In this document: piece after piece, positions 1 to 9,278 of the stretch
Position numbering within the stretch: the first letter of the stretch is position 1
Layout: every line of letters starts with the position of its first letter
Sequence record: HF562234.1
DNA: 32,000 bases
Strand: one strand, 5' to 3'
Notes under the pieces: model-generated
Told to the model about the DNA's origin: nothing
The model's input: only the letters and a program-made list of their open reading frames with translations
The model's database searches: none
Translations under genes and position numbers: made by a program

Positions 1-352
1 TATGAACTCGATAATTAATTTCAAAGATTGTAACAAGATTGATTCTTAAATGGATTGCATTTATATTTTACCAAATTAATCAATTACTAAATACAGTATA
101 TATAATAATGAACTAAAAACATCTAAATCATTAATATATAAAATGCTATATTTAGCTCCTAATAATTATATATAGAAAATCAAACTTAGCGAACTATTTA
201 TTAAAATAGTTTCATTAGTTAATAAATATTTAATTAATTACATTTATAATTAGAATTAATCGTAGAGAAAAGTAAAATTAAACTATATAATTACTATCAA
301 CATAGTAATCATAATATATTTACTTAATTAATTTGCTTTGGAGATTTTATTT

Positions 353-1408
353 ATGACCATCGCAATCGGACAAGAAAAGAACCGTGGTAGGTTTGATCTA
401 ATTGATGACTGGGTTAAAAGAGACCGTTTTGTATTTGTTGGTTGGTCTGGATTACTACTTTTTCCATGCGCATACTTAGCATTAGGAGGATGGCTAACAG
501 GTACTACTTTTGTTACTTCATGGTATACACATGGATTAGCAAGCTCATATTTAGAAGGATGTAATTTCTTAACAGCTGCCGTATCAACACCTGCGAATAG
601 TATGGGACATTCTTTACTATTGCTTTGGGGTCCTGAAGCTCAAGGAGATTTCACACGCTGGTGCCAAATAGGTGGACTATGGGCATTTATAGCTCTACAT
701 GGATCTTTTGGCTTAATTGGCTTTTGTTTACGACAATTTGAAATTGCTCGACTTGTAGGAATCAGACCCTATAACGCAATTGCATTTTCAGGACCAATTG
801 CAGTATTTGTATCTGTCTTTCTGATGTACCCATTAGGACAATCTAGTTGGTTCTTTGCTCCTAGTTTTGGAGTTGCTGCTATCTTTAGATTCCTTTTATT
901 TCTACAAGGATTCCATAACTGGACACTAAATCCATTTCATATGATGGGTGTAGCTGGTATCCTAGGAGGAGCTCTTTTGTGCGCTATTCATGGTGCAACT
1001 GTACAAAATACATTATTTGAAGATGGTGATGCTGCCGATACTTTTAGAGCATTTACTCCAACTCAGTCAGAAGAAACGTACTCAATGGTAACAGCTAATC
1101 GTTTCTGGTCACAAATTTTTGGCGTTGCTTTTTCTAATAAACGCTGGTTACATTTTTTCATGCTTTTCGTACCTGTAACAGGATTATGGACTAGCGCATT
1201 TGGTATTGTAGGATTAGCTTTAAATTTGAGAGCTTATGATTTTGTATCACAAGAATTAAGGGCTGCTGAAGATCCTGAATTTGAAACATTTTATACAAAA
1301 AATATCTTATTAAACGAAGGTATTCGTGCATGGATGGCAGCTCAAGACCAACCTCACGAAAACTTCATATTCCCGGAGGAGGTATTGCCACGTGGAAACG
1401 CCCTTTAA
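353..1408 (+). CDS. psbD: photosystem II reaction centre protein D2
   Basis: The translation shows the D2 pattern end to end ([33 protein letters not shown] ... [12 protein letters not shown]). The ATG at 353 gives the canonical MTIAIG N-terminus. The ORF-track start at 338 is a TTG that adds 5 non-canonical residues. Confidence 0.97.
   Translation: MTIAIGQEKNRGRFDLIDDWVKRDRFVFVGWSGLLLFPCAYLALGGWLTGTTFVTSWYTHGLASSYLEGCNFLTAAVSTPANSMGHSLLLLWGPEAQGDFTRWCQIGGLWAFIALHGSFGLIGFCLRQFEIARLVGIRPYNAIAFSGPIAVFVSVFLMYPLGQSSWFFAPSFGVAAIFRFLLFLQGFHNWTLNPFHMMGVAGILGGALLCAIHGATVQNTLFEDGDAADTFRAFTPTQSEETYSMVTANRFWSQIFGVAFSNKRWLHFFMLFVPVTGLWTSAFGIVGLALNLRAYDFVSQELRAAEDPEFETFYTKNILLNEGIRAWMAAQDQPHENFIFPEEVLPRGNAL
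1375..1382 (+). promoter_or_regulatory. Shine-Dalgarno-like GGAGGAGG inside the psbD 3' end, 9 nt upstream of the psbC GTG
   Basis: The sequence tcccGGAGGAGGtattgccacGTG reads directly from the window. It is complementary to the anti-SD CCUCC of bacterial-type 16S rRNA. Confidence 0.55.
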
Positions 1409-2777
1409 TAATAGCATTGGTATAGGCGGCAGAGATATCGAATCTACAGGCTTTGCATGGTGGTCAGGTAATGCTAGACTAATTAATGTATCTGGTAAAC
1501 TATTAGGTGCACATGTTGCCCATGCAGGTGTAATGGTATTTTGGACTGGTGCTATGACATTATTCGAAGTTGCACATTTTGTACCAGAAAAACCACTATA
1601 TGAGCAAGGATTTATCTTGATTCCTCACTTAGCAACACTAGGATGGGGTGTTGGACCTGGAGGGGAAATAATTAGTATTTACCCATATTTCGTTGTAGGT
1701 GTAGTACATTTAATATCTTCTGCTGTTCTAGGTTTTGGTGGATTATATCATTCTTTAATCGGTCCAGATACTTTAGAAGAATCTTTCCCTTTTTTCGGAT
1801 ATGATTGGAGAGATAAAAATAAGATGACAACTATACTGGGCATTCATTTATTACTTCTCGGCATAGGATCTTTTCTATTAGTTATCAAAGCTCTTTTCTT
1901 TGGTGGTGTTTATGATACATGGGCACCAGGAGGTGGAGATGTAAGATTAATTAATAACCCAACTTTAAACCCTTCAGTAATTTTTGGATACGTTTTAAAA
2001 TCTCCATTTGGTGGAGATGGCTGGGTAGTAAGTGTAGATAATATGGAAGATCTAATAGGTGGACATGTATGGATTGGTGTTATCTGTATAGCTGGAGGCA
2101 TATGGCATATATTAACTAAACCATTCGCATGGGCAAGACGTGCATTTGTATGGTCAGGTGAAGCATATTTATCTTATAGCTTAGGTGCTTTATCAATTAT
2201 GGGTCTAACAGCATCAAACTTTGTTTGGTACAACAATACTGCTTATCCTAGTGAATTTTATGGTCCTACTGGTCCTGAAGCATCACAAGCACAAGCTTTT
2301 ACATTCTTAGTAAGAGACCAAAGATTAGGTTCAAACGTAGCCTCTGCACAAGGACCAACTGGTTTAGGAAAATACTTAATGAGATCACCTAGTGGAGAAA
2401 TCATATTTGGTGGAGAAACTATGAGATTTTGGGATTTAAGAGCTCCTTGGGTAGAACCATTAAGAGGTCCTAATGGTTTAGATCTAAATAAAGTAAAAAA
2501 TGATATACAACCTTGGCAAGAAAGAAGAGCTGCTGAATATATGACACATGCTCCACTTGGATCATTAAATTCAGTAGGTGGAGTAGCCACAGAAATTAAT
2601 TCTGTAAACTATGGATCTCCAAGAAGTTGGCTAACAACATCTCATTTTTTCTTGGGCTTTTTCTTATTCATTGGACATCTATGGCATGCTGGCAGAGCTC
2701 GTGCTGCAGCAGCTGGATTTGAAAAAGGGATTAATAGAGAAAATGAAGCTGTATTATCTATGAGACCTCTAGATTAA
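1392..2777 (+). CDS. psbC: photosystem II CP43 chlorophyll apoprotein
   Basis: The translation shows CP43 motifs ([46 protein letters not shown] ... [20 protein letters not shown]). A GTG start at 1392 gives the canonical 461-aa form and a 17-nt overlap with psbD. An upstream in-frame GTG at 1326 (the ORF-track start) is the alternative. The stop position is firm; the start is less certain. Confidence 0.93.
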   Translation: METPFNNSIGIGGRDIESTGFAWWSGNARLINVSGKLLGAHVAHAGVMVFWTGAMTLFEVAHFVPEKPLYEQGFILIPHLATLGWGVGPGGEIISIYPYFVVGVVHLISSAVLGFGGLYHSLIGPDTLEESFPFFGYDWRDKNKMTTILGIHLLLLGIGSFLLVIKALFFGGVYDTWAPGGGDVRLINNPTLNPSVIFGYVLKSPFGGDGWVVSVDNMEDLIGGHVWIGVICIAGGIWHILTKPFAWARRAFVWSGEAYLSYSLGALSIMGLTASNFVWYNNTAYPSEFYGPTGPEASQAQAFTFLVRDQRLGSNVASAQGPTGLGKYLMRSPSGEIIFGGETMRFWDLRAPWVEPLRGPNGLDLNKVKNDIQPWQERRAAEYMTHAPLGSLNSVGGVATEINSVNYGSPRSWLTTSHFFLGFFLFIGHLWHAGRARAAAAGFEKGINRENEAVLSMRPLD

Positions 2778-2806
2778 ACAGTCTAAACAGATGTTTATTC
2801 TTAAAT

Positions 2807-2849
2807 AAAAAAGCTATTCTTAATAATTATATTCAAGAATAGCTTTTTT
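2807..2849. terminator. perfect stem-loop between convergent psbC and ycf17 (candidate bidirectional terminator or RNA 3'-end stabiliser)
   Basis: The sequence is aaaaaagctattctt-(13 nt loop)-aagaatagctttttt, a stem of about 15 bp flanked by an A-run on one side and a T-run on the other. It lies 30 nt after the psbC stop. Confidence 0.6.
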
Positions 2850-2890
2850 ATATTTAATTATATTAAATTGAACAAATAGATAGTCACTAA

Positions 2891-3061
2891 TTAGATCAAA
2901 CCAAGGATTTTTAAAGTAGAAACTGAAAAGATTAATTCACATAAAAAAATAATAGTAAAAGATAACATAGCAAGTCTACCATTCCAACTTTCTGCTCCTA
3001 CTGAAAATCCCCAAATCCATTGGTTGCGGACGATACTGAATTTAGAATCAATAAAATTCAT
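2891..3061 (-). CDS. ycf17: high-light-inducible (CAB/ELIP/HLIP family) one-helix protein, 56 aa
   Basis: I translated the reverse strand by hand: MNFIDSKFSIVRNQWIWGFSVGAESWNGRLAMLSFTIIFLCELIFSVSTLKILGLI*. It contains the HLIP chlorophyll-binding signature AExWNGRxAM followed by a transmembrane helix. At 56 aa it falls below the 60-aa cutoff of the ORF track. Confidence 0.8.
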   Translation of the reverse strand: MNFIDSKFSIVRNQWIWGFSVGAESWNGRLAMLSFTIIFLCELIFSVSTLKILGLI

Positions 3062-3126
3062 TTATAAAGGATAAACTGATACAATACATAAAATAATAAT
3101 AAATACAATTATAAAGCATAATATAT

Positions 3127-3690
3127 ATGAGATTAAATATATATCTTATATCACATCCCATAATCAAACAATTATCACTAGCTATAATCAATACCAACTT
3201 AAACAATAAACACGTATATCAAGATAATGCAAAATTACTAGGTCGCTTATTAATATATGAAACAGTACGAAAATGGATGACTATTCACTATATTTCTATC
3301 AAAAATATAGATTCAAAAAAAGAGTTATATAAATTTGACCGTAAAGAATCTTATAGAATACTAGCTAACTTAGTCGAATGCGCTGATATAGTATCAGATA
3401 TCAACACTATACTACCACAAATGTATTTAGAACATGTCAACTCTAATAATCATAACCAAAATAGTTATAAAGATATAAATATTATTAAAAAAGAAAAAAT
3501 TATAATTATTGAAAAATTCTTAAACAACTACTCTATTATTAGACTACTTGACTATTTACTAATAGAAAAAAAAGTCCAAATTAGTCAAATAAAAATAATG
3601 TGTATAACATGCTCTAATAATATCTGTGAGTATTTAGGGAACAAATATCAATCTTTAGAAATATACACAACCAAAATGTATAAATATTAA
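3127..3690 (+). CDS. upp: uracil phosphoribosyltransferase-fold protein with degenerate motifs, probably non-catalytic
   Basis: The protein is colinear with bacterial Upp. Its N-terminal IYLISHPIIKQLSLAI matches the Upp motif V.HPL..HKL. The central IIIIEKFLNNYSI sits where the PRPP loop (L)IVDPMLATGGS should be. IKIMCITCSNNICEYLGNKYQSLEIYTTKM aligns with [30 protein letters not shown]. The ORF stops before the uracil-binding GYIxPGLGDAGDR motif. Confidence 0.6.
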   Translation: MRLNIYLISHPIIKQLSLAIINTNLNNKHVYQDNAKLLGRLLIYETVRKWMTIHYISIKNIDSKKELYKFDRKESYRILANLVECADIVSDINTILPQMYLEHVNSNNHNQNSYKDINIIKKEKIIIIEKFLNNYSIIRLLDYLLIEKKVQISQIKIMCITCSNNICEYLGNKYQSLEIYTTKMYKY

Positions 3691-3737
3691 TTTAGTTAAT
3701 ATTAGTGATAAATTTATAATAAAACAATTAATTAATA

Positions 3738-4028
3738 ATGAATATAATTACTAATTCGTTTAACTTAGTATTCACATCAATTGCAAATTTTTCTGAAATA
3801 TACCTAATATTGATTCTTTTAAAGTTATCCTTAGCATGGTTTCCAACTGTAAATTGGTATAATGAACCTTTTTGCTCCTTAAACCGTTTAACAGATCCAT
3901 ACTTAAGACTATTTAGAGGCACTATTCCTATGATATTTGGAATGGATATGTCACCTATGCTAGGTATTATTTTTTTACAATGCTTAACTGTTATTTTTAA
4001 TAATATTAGAATAGAATCTATTACATAG
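3738..4028 (+). CDS. ycf19: YggT-family membrane protein
   Basis: This 96-aa hydrophobic protein carries the YGGT-type pattern (LAWFP...NWYNEPF...[14 protein letters not shown]...GxDxSPMLG). Confidence 0.8.
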   Translation: MNIITNSFNLVFTSIANFSEIYLILILLKLSLAWFPTVNWYNEPFCSLNRLTDPYLRLFRGTIPMIFGMDMSPMLGIIFLQCLTVIFNNIRIESIT

Positions 4029-4101
4029 AACTAAAATAATAACAATCAGTTCCTATCATTATTTACAACATATACTATATATCAAATTATCAAAACAATT
4101 T

Positions 4102-4335
4102 ATGCTAAAAATCAGATTAAAAAGACTTGGTCGAAAAAAGCAACCTAGCTATCGTATAATTGTAATTGATAGCAGAAAAAGAAGAGATGGAAAAGCTTTA
4201 GAAGAAGTAGGTTTCTACAATCCTATTAATAATCAAACAAAATTAAAGACCTTACAAATACAAAAAAGAATCAATGAAGGTGCACAAATGACTAAAACAG
4301 TAAAAAATATTCTAGCAAAAACAATCAATAACTAA
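4102..4335 (+). CDS. rps16: 30S ribosomal protein S16
   Basis: [41 protein letters not shown] is the canonical S16 N-terminus. Confidence 0.93.
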   Translation: MLKIRLKRLGRKKQPSYRIIVIDSRKRRDGKALEEVGFYNPINNQTKLKTLQIQKRINEGAQMTKTVKNILAKTINN

Positions 4336-4367
4336 TTATTCAAAAATATTATCCAGGAGAAAACATT

Positions 4368-4670
4368 TTGTCTAAATTCACATTTAAAATATTATGGCTT
4401 GAAAACAATGTAGCTATAGCTATTGATCATGTTGTAAACACAAGCTTCAGCCCATTGACATCTTATTTTTTTTGGCCTAGAAATGATGCATGGGAACAGT
4501 TAAAAGTAGAATTAGAATCAAAACCATGGATTTCAAAACATGATAAAATTGATCTATTAAATCAAGCAACTGAAATCATAAATTTTTGGCAAGAAACAGG
4601 AAAAGATAAATCTTTAATACATGCCCAAGAAAAATTTCCAAATTGTACATTTGCAGGCAGTAATTATTGA
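4368..4670 (+). CDS. ycf65: plastid-specific ribosomal protein 3 (PSRP-3)
   Basis: The protein has the PSRP-3/Ycf65 signature FxxKxLWLxxxxAIAxDxV...PLTSYFFWPRNDAWEQLKxELExKPWI...LLNQATEIINFWQE. The ORF contains no in-frame ATG. A TTG at 4368 lies 7 nt downstream of AGGAGA (4355-4360). Confidence 0.82.
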   Translation: MSKFTFKILWLENNVAIAIDHVVNTSFSPLTSYFFWPRNDAWEQLKVELESKPWISKHDKIDLLNQATEIINFWQETGKDKSLIHAQEKFPNCTFAGSNY

Positions 4671-4766
4671 TTACTATATTTTAATTTTACATTTATGATT
4701 AGTTCATATGCCATAATATGTAACTAATCATAGGTAATTAGAGTATTATACTAATAAACGTTAGAT

Positions 4767-5240
4767 ATGAACAAGAAAATAGAATTCAAAAAACGTATCA
4801 CTTTGATACTAATAACAATCGAAGCTCTAGACTTATATATTGTAGATAATATTCAGAGAGAATTGTATATAAATAAATACAATTTTCTCTTGAATACATT
4901 AATCAAATATAATAGTAATTATAATTCTCAAATACAACTTAAACGCTATATTCAAATAATACATCTATTGTATATCTTAATAACTCAATCTTACTTATAT
5001 AATCTTATTTTAGAATTACTATATGATATTTGCAATAAAACACATTCACAGTTAACATTACAATATATGCAAAGATTCAAATATATTTATAATCAAAATC
5101 AAGACTATTATAATACTTACAGTAAAGATAACAAATTACAGGTATGTAATATCGCTATTTATAATCTATACACTATCAATAAAATCAATAATATATATGG
5201 TCTTTACTACTTAATTAAATATCTACATAATGAAATTTAG
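4767..5240 (+). CDS. hypothetical protein, 157 aa, Asn/Tyr/Ile/Leu-rich, family not recognised
   Basis: This is an ATG-initiated 157-codon open frame in DNA where stop codons should occur roughly every 10 codons. It fills the gap between ycf65 and the groEL 3' end. I could not recognise any motif. Confidence 0.45.
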   Translation: MNKKIEFKKRITLILITIEALDLYIVDNIQRELYINKYNFLLNTLIKYNSNYNSQIQLKRYIQIIHLLYILITQSYLYNLILELLYDICNKTHSQLTLQYMQRFKYIYNQNQDYYNTYSKDNKLQVCNIAIYNLYTINKINNIYGLYYLIKYLHNEI

Positions 5241-5251
5241 CTTGATTAAGC

Positions 5252-6832
5252 TTAAGCTTTTTCTACTATAATACATTCTGTTGTTAAAACCATAGAAGCT
5301 ATTGAAGATGCATTTTGTAAAGCAGAACGAGTAACTTTAGCAGGGTCAATAATACCAGCTTTATACATATCAACTAATATCTCTTGATTAGCATCATAAC
5401 CAATAGCAAATATTTTTTGCTTTACTTTTTCTACTATAACAGCTCCATTATGACCTGTATTTTCGACTATTCTACTTAATGGTGCAACTAATGCTTTTTC
5501 TACTATTAAAGCACCAACTAATTCTTCGTTCACTAAATTACGATTAGCCCATAATTGTAAATCTTCTGACAAATGAACTAAAGTTGAACCTCCACCTGGA
5601 ACTATACCCTCTTCAATAGCTGCACGAGTAGCATTAATAGCATCTTCTAATCTTAATTTTTTATCCTTCATTTCTGTTTCAGTTGCTGCTCCTACTTTAA
5701 TTACAGCAACTCCTCCAGACAATTTTGCAAGTCTTTCTTGCAGCTTTTCCTTTTCATAACTATTATTACTAACTTCAAGTTGACGACGGAGTTGATCACA
5801 TCGAACTTTAATGTTAGATTCATTATCATCAGCAATAATTGTTGTAGATTCTTTAGTAACATGTATTCTTTTAGCTATACCTAATTGATTAAGAGATAAA
5901 TTATCTAAAGTAAAACCTAAATCTTCAGTGATTAGTTGCCCAGATGTTAAAATAGCGATGTCTTCCAATAAAGATTTTCGTCTATCACCAAAACCAGGTG
6001 CTCTTACAGCTACTACATTAATAATTCCTCTCAATTTATTTATAACAAGTGTAGCTAGAGCTTCTTTTTCTATATCTTCTGCAATTATTAATAAAGGTTT
6101 GCCAGTTTTAGATACTTGCTCTAAAATAGGGATTAACTCTTGCTGAATCAAAGTAATTTTTTTATCTGTCAATAAAATATATGCATTATCATAAATTACT
6201 TCCATTCGAGAGGAATCCGTAGCAAAATAAGGTGATATAAAACCTTTTTGAAACTTCATACCTTCTTTCACTTCAAGTTCAATAACTGTAGATTGTCCTT
6301 CTTCTAAAGAAATAACCCCTTCATTGCCCACTTTTTTTATTGCACTAGCTATCATAGCTCCAATATCAGAATCATTACCTGCTGATATAGATGCTACCTG
6401 TGTAATATCTGTTATATTATTTACTGGACGAGAATACTCTGATATTTGTGCTACAATAAATTTCACTGCTTTTTCTATACCTTTTTTCAAAACCATTGGA
6501 TTAGCACCTGACGCTACATTCCGTAAACCTTGTTTTACAATTGCATGAGCCAACACAGTTGCAGTAGTTGTACCATCTCCAGCAACATCATTTGTTTTAG
6601 ATGCCGCTTGCCTGATTAAAGCGACACCGGTATTTTCAATTGTATCTTGTAATTCTATCTCTTTTGCAATAGTTACACCATCATTAACTATTTGGGGAGA
6701 ACCAAATTTTTTTTCTAAAACAACATTACGACCTTTCGGCCCTAAAGTCACTGAAACAGATTCTGACAAAATATCTATGCCTCTTTCTAAAGCTTGACGA
6801 GCATCATCTTGATATAAAATTTTCTTACTCAT
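5252..6832 (-). CDS. groEL: chaperonin GroEL (Cpn60), 526 aa
   Basis: The match is full length ([22 protein letters not shown]...[16 protein letters not shown]...[43 protein letters not shown]). Confidence 0.97.
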   Translation of the reverse strand: MSKKILYQDDARQALERGIDILSESVSVTLGPKGRNVVLEKKFGSPQIVNDGVTIAKEIELQDTIENTGVALIRQAASKTNDVAGDGTTTATVLAHAIVKQGLRNVASGANPMVLKKGIEKAVKFIVAQISEYSRPVNNITDITQVASISAGNDSDIGAMIASAIKKVGNEGVISLEEGQSTVIELEVKEGMKFQKGFISPYFATDSSRMEVIYDNAYILLTDKKITLIQQELIPILEQVSKTGKPLLIIAEDIEKEALATLVINKLRGIINVVAVRAPGFGDRRKSLLEDIAILTSGQLITEDLGFTLDNLSLNQLGIAKRIHVTKESTTIIADDNESNIKVRCDQLRRQLEVSNNSYEKEKLQERLAKLSGGVAVIKVGAATETEMKDKKLRLEDAINATRAAIEEGIVPGGGSTLVHLSEDLQLWANRNLVNEELVGALIVEKALVAPLSRIVENTGHNGAVIVEKVKQKIFAIGYDANQEILVDMYKAGIIDPAKVTRSALQNASSIASMVLTTECIIVEKA

Positions 6833-6919
6833 ATGATAAAATTCCTGTAATAATCAATTAACATAATACTTCTATGTAATGTTTTAAAAGAGCTAAATAA
6901 CGTTTTTAAAATATAAAAA

Positions 6920-6928
6920 TGGTATAAT
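6920..6928 (+). promoter_or_regulatory. candidate extended -10 promoter element (TGgTATAAT) for trnR
   Basis: The sequence aaaaTGGTATAATtaatt ends 12 nt upstream of the mature tRNA 5' end, and the -35 is poor. TATAAT-like words are common by chance in DNA this AT-rich. Confidence 0.3.
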
Positions 6929-6940
6929 TAATTTTAGTAA

Positions 6941-7014
6941 GGGCTTGTAGCTCAGTGGATTAGAGCACGTGGCTACGAACTACGGTGTCGGGGGTTCGAA
7001 TCCCTCCTTGCCCG
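6941..7014 (+). tRNA. trnR: tRNA-Arg (anticodon ACG)
   Basis: GGGCTTGTAGCTCAGTGGATTAGAGCACGTGGCTACGAACTACGGTGTCGGGGGTTCGAATCCCTCCTTGCCCG folds as a cloverleaf with anticodon loop CT-ACG-AA and T-loop GTTCGAATC. The acceptor stem has U-U mismatches at 5:68 and 6:67, similar to what I recall for chloroplast trnR-ACG. Confidence 0.9.
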
Positions 7015-7081
7015 ATAATTATAAATAACAACATTTCTATAAGAAATATGTAAATTCAATACAAACTTTCATAAAATATAT

Positions 7082-8335
7082 ATGCAACATTTAAGAGGAA
7101 CTAAAGATATATTGCCAAATGAAATTATATTGTGGCAACATTTACACAAAATAGCTTCACAAATATTTACATTATCTAATTATCATGAGATTCGTACTCC
7201 TATAATCGAATCAACTGCTTTATTCAACAGAAGTATAGGTAATGAAACAGATATAGTCAATAAAGAAATGTATAGCTTTATTGATCAAGGTTTAAGGGAA
7301 ATTACTTTAAGACCTGAGGGAACAGCTAGCATTGCAAGATCTTTTATTAGTAACCAATTGTATCAAACAAATCAAATACATAAACTCTGGTATTTAGGAC
7401 CTATGTTTAGATATGAAAGACCTCAAAATGGCCGGCAAAGACAATTCCATCAATTGGGTATAGAATGTATAGGAAGCTTAAATCCTATGTCTGATGTAGA
7501 AGTTATTCGTATTGCAAACAGTATTTTAACTAAATTAGGATGTTCTAATTACAGAATTGAAATCAATTCTATTGGCAGCAAAGAAGAACGTAATAAATAC
7601 AAGAAACAACTTATCAGATATTTAACACCTTATATACAAGACTTGGATCAAGACTCACAAAAAAAACTAGCTACTAATCCCTTGAAAATTTTAGATAGTA
7701 AGAATAAGAAAACTCAAGAAATTTTATATCATGCACCATCTATACAACAATACTTATCAAATGATTCTATCATACATTTTAAATCAGTATGTGAATACCT
7801 TGATATATTAAAAATTGATTATAATCTTAATACAAACTTAGTTAGGGGCTTAGATTATTACAATTATACGGCATTTGAAGTTAAGACCGATTTATTAGGT
7901 AGTCAAAATACAATCTGTGGCGGAGGTCGATATGATCGATTGATTCAACAATTAGGTGGACCTAGTACTCCTTCTGTAGGATGGGCAATTGGAATAGAGC
8001 GATTATTATTACTTGTAAAAAATAATTTAGATATAATACAAAGTAGACCATGTGTTTATATAGCACATCAAGGTGAAAAAGCAAAAACTGAAGCATGGAA
8101 AATAGTATCTTTACTCGAAGAAAAAGGAATTAGCTTTGAACTAAACTTAGATAATAATAGCTTCCGTAAACAATTAAAAAGAGCTAATAAAGTAGATGCA
8201 AAAGTATGTATAATAATTGGAGAAGATGAAATAAATACACAATCACTTACTATCAAATGGCTAAAAAGCTATGAACAAGAAAGGATCAATACTGTTGACC
8301 TATCAAATTTAATAATAAAAGTAAAAAATTTATAA
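7082..8335 (+). CDS. hisS: histidyl-tRNA synthetase, 417 aa
   Basis: Class II HisRS motifs are present: GTKDILP, EIRTPIIE, LWYLGPMFRYERPQNGRQRQFHQLGIE, GGGRYD, and a C-terminal anticodon-binding domain. Confidence 0.92.
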   Translation: MQHLRGTKDILPNEIILWQHLHKIASQIFTLSNYHEIRTPIIESTALFNRSIGNETDIVNKEMYSFIDQGLREITLRPEGTASIARSFISNQLYQTNQIHKLWYLGPMFRYERPQNGRQRQFHQLGIECIGSLNPMSDVEVIRIANSILTKLGCSNYRIEINSIGSKEERNKYKKQLIRYLTPYIQDLDQDSQKKLATNPLKILDSKNKKTQEILYHAPSIQQYLSNDSIIHFKSVCEYLDILKIDYNLNTNLVRGLDYYNYTAFEVKTDLLGSQNTICGGGRYDRLIQQLGGPSTPSVGWAIGIERLLLLVKNNLDIIQSRPCVYIAHQGEKAKTEAWKIVSLLEEKGISFELNLDNNSFRKQLKRANKVDAKVCIIIGEDEINTQSLTIKWLKSYEQERINTVDLSNLIIKVKNL

Positions 8336-8383
8336 TATATATATGTTTTAAATTATTTTTTTATCTCTATTTAAGATGAAAAC

Positions 8384-8414
8384 TTGACAAATTAGTCTAA
8401 TTCATGGGTAAAAT
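8384..8414 (+). promoter_or_regulatory. candidate sigma70-type promoter for trnQ (TTGACA-N19-TAAAAT)
   Basis: A perfect -35 TTGACA lies at 8384-8389 and TAAAAT at 8409-8414. The mature tRNA-Gln starts at 8423, so transcription would start at or just before the tRNA 5' end. The 19-nt spacing is longer than optimal. Confidence 0.35.
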
Positions 8415-8422
8415 ATAAAATA

Positions 8423-8494
8423 TGGGGTGTAGCCAAGCGGTAAGGCAGCGGACTTTGACTCCGCCATTCGTAGGTTCGAATCCTCCCACCCCAG
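8423..8494 (+). tRNA. trnQ: tRNA-Gln (anticodon UUG)
   Basis: TGGGGTGTAGCCAAGCGGTAAGGCAGCGGACTTTGACTCCGCCATTCGTAGGTTCGAATCCTCCCACCCCAG has a perfectly paired acceptor stem TGGGGTG/CACCCCA and anticodon loop CT-TTG-AC. Confidence 0.93.
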
Positions 8495-8869
8495 ATAATA
8501 CTAACTGTTTATTCGCTTCTTTATCTTCTTTTTTCATTAAAGTTAAATTACTAATTTAGATAATTTAACCTATGTTCATATTATAATAGTAAATCAAGCT
8601 TCATGATATATTAAATAAGATTAATACAACTGCTACGTTTAATTTAGCTTATAATATCCAATTATTGATAATAAAAAAGTACTTAACAACAAGATTAATT
8701 ATTAAAACAAAGAATTAATATCATATGACTAATTTATTTCTTCTGTTCAAATTTATATTAAAACATCGTTAAATAAAGATATTATGATATGTGTAAACAA
8801 ATATTATAAAGAAGTATTGAAAAGCAACATTGGATAGTAATTTATATACTAAGAAATAAGGGGAAAATT

Positions 8870-9217
8870 ATGGCAAGTATTCAATTCATTAAAGGTATAA
8901 ATGAAACAGTTGTACCTAATGTTAAATTAACAAGGTCAAGAGATGGAAGTAATGGAACAGCAACATTTAGATTTAATGATCCAGATATTTTACAATTAGA
9001 CATGCAAGAAGAAGGAGATATTACTGGCATGTATTTAAAAGATGAAGAAGGCGAAATGGTTACAAAAGATGTAAATGCAAAATTTATAAACGGTAAACCA
9101 CAAGCTATAGAATCTATTTATATAATTAAAAGCCCTAAAGATTGGGACAGATTTATGCGTTTTATGGAAAGGTATGCCAATGATAATGAATTATCATTTA
9201 CAAAAGCAAAATCATAG
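8870..9217 (+). CDS. psb28: photosystem II assembly protein Psb28 (older red-algal name psbW/ycf79), 115 aa
   Basis: [35 protein letters not shown]...[12 protein letters not shown] is the Psb28 pattern. A purine-rich AAGGGG lies just upstream of the ATG. Confidence 0.88.
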   Translation: MASIQFIKGINETVVPNVKLTRSRDGSNGTATFRFNDPDILQLDMQEEGDITGMYLKDEEGEMVTKDVNAKFINGKPQAIESIYIIKSPKDWDRFMRFMERYANDNELSFTKAKS

Positions 9218-9278
9218 AAATACATCAAATAAATAGTAATATATTTGAGATATTAACTCTTAGTTTAAGAAAAAAAAT

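Noticed and set aside
338-352. A TTG-initiated 5-codon N-terminal extension of psbD (MEILF) given by the ORF track
   Set aside because: The ATG at 353 reproduces the universally conserved D2 N-terminus MTIAIG, so the extension has no support.
1326-1391. A longer psbC starting at GTG 1326
   Set aside because: It remains possible, but GTG 1392 has a strong SD at the right distance and gives the canonical 461-aa CP43. I kept the longer form only as an alternative.
1910-2590. Two minus-strand ORFs (1910-2101 and 2258-2590) inside psbC
   Set aside because: Both lie antisense to a highly conserved, relatively GC-rich gene and give Pro/Gly/Ser-rich nonsense translations. They are classic shadow ORFs.
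5928-6548. Plus-strand ORFs 5928-6146 and 6324-6548 inside groEL
   Set aside because: Both are shadow ORFs antisense to groEL, with no motif or start context. The same reasoning applies to 3728-3922 (antisense to ycf19), 8068-8256 (hisS), 9671-9907 (pheT), 12140-12325 (rps1), 13071-13268 (ycf29), 19155-19337 (rpl9), 22635-22835 (clpC), 27992-28222 (argB) and 31477-31698 (ftsH).
8495-8869. A 375-nt spacer between trnQ and psb28, searched for tmRNA (GGGGCTG...TCCACCA), SRP RNA (GGAAGCAG core) or a small-protein gene
   Set aside because: None of the signature motifs is present on either strand. The only ORFs are shorter than 10 codons or run into the tRNA.
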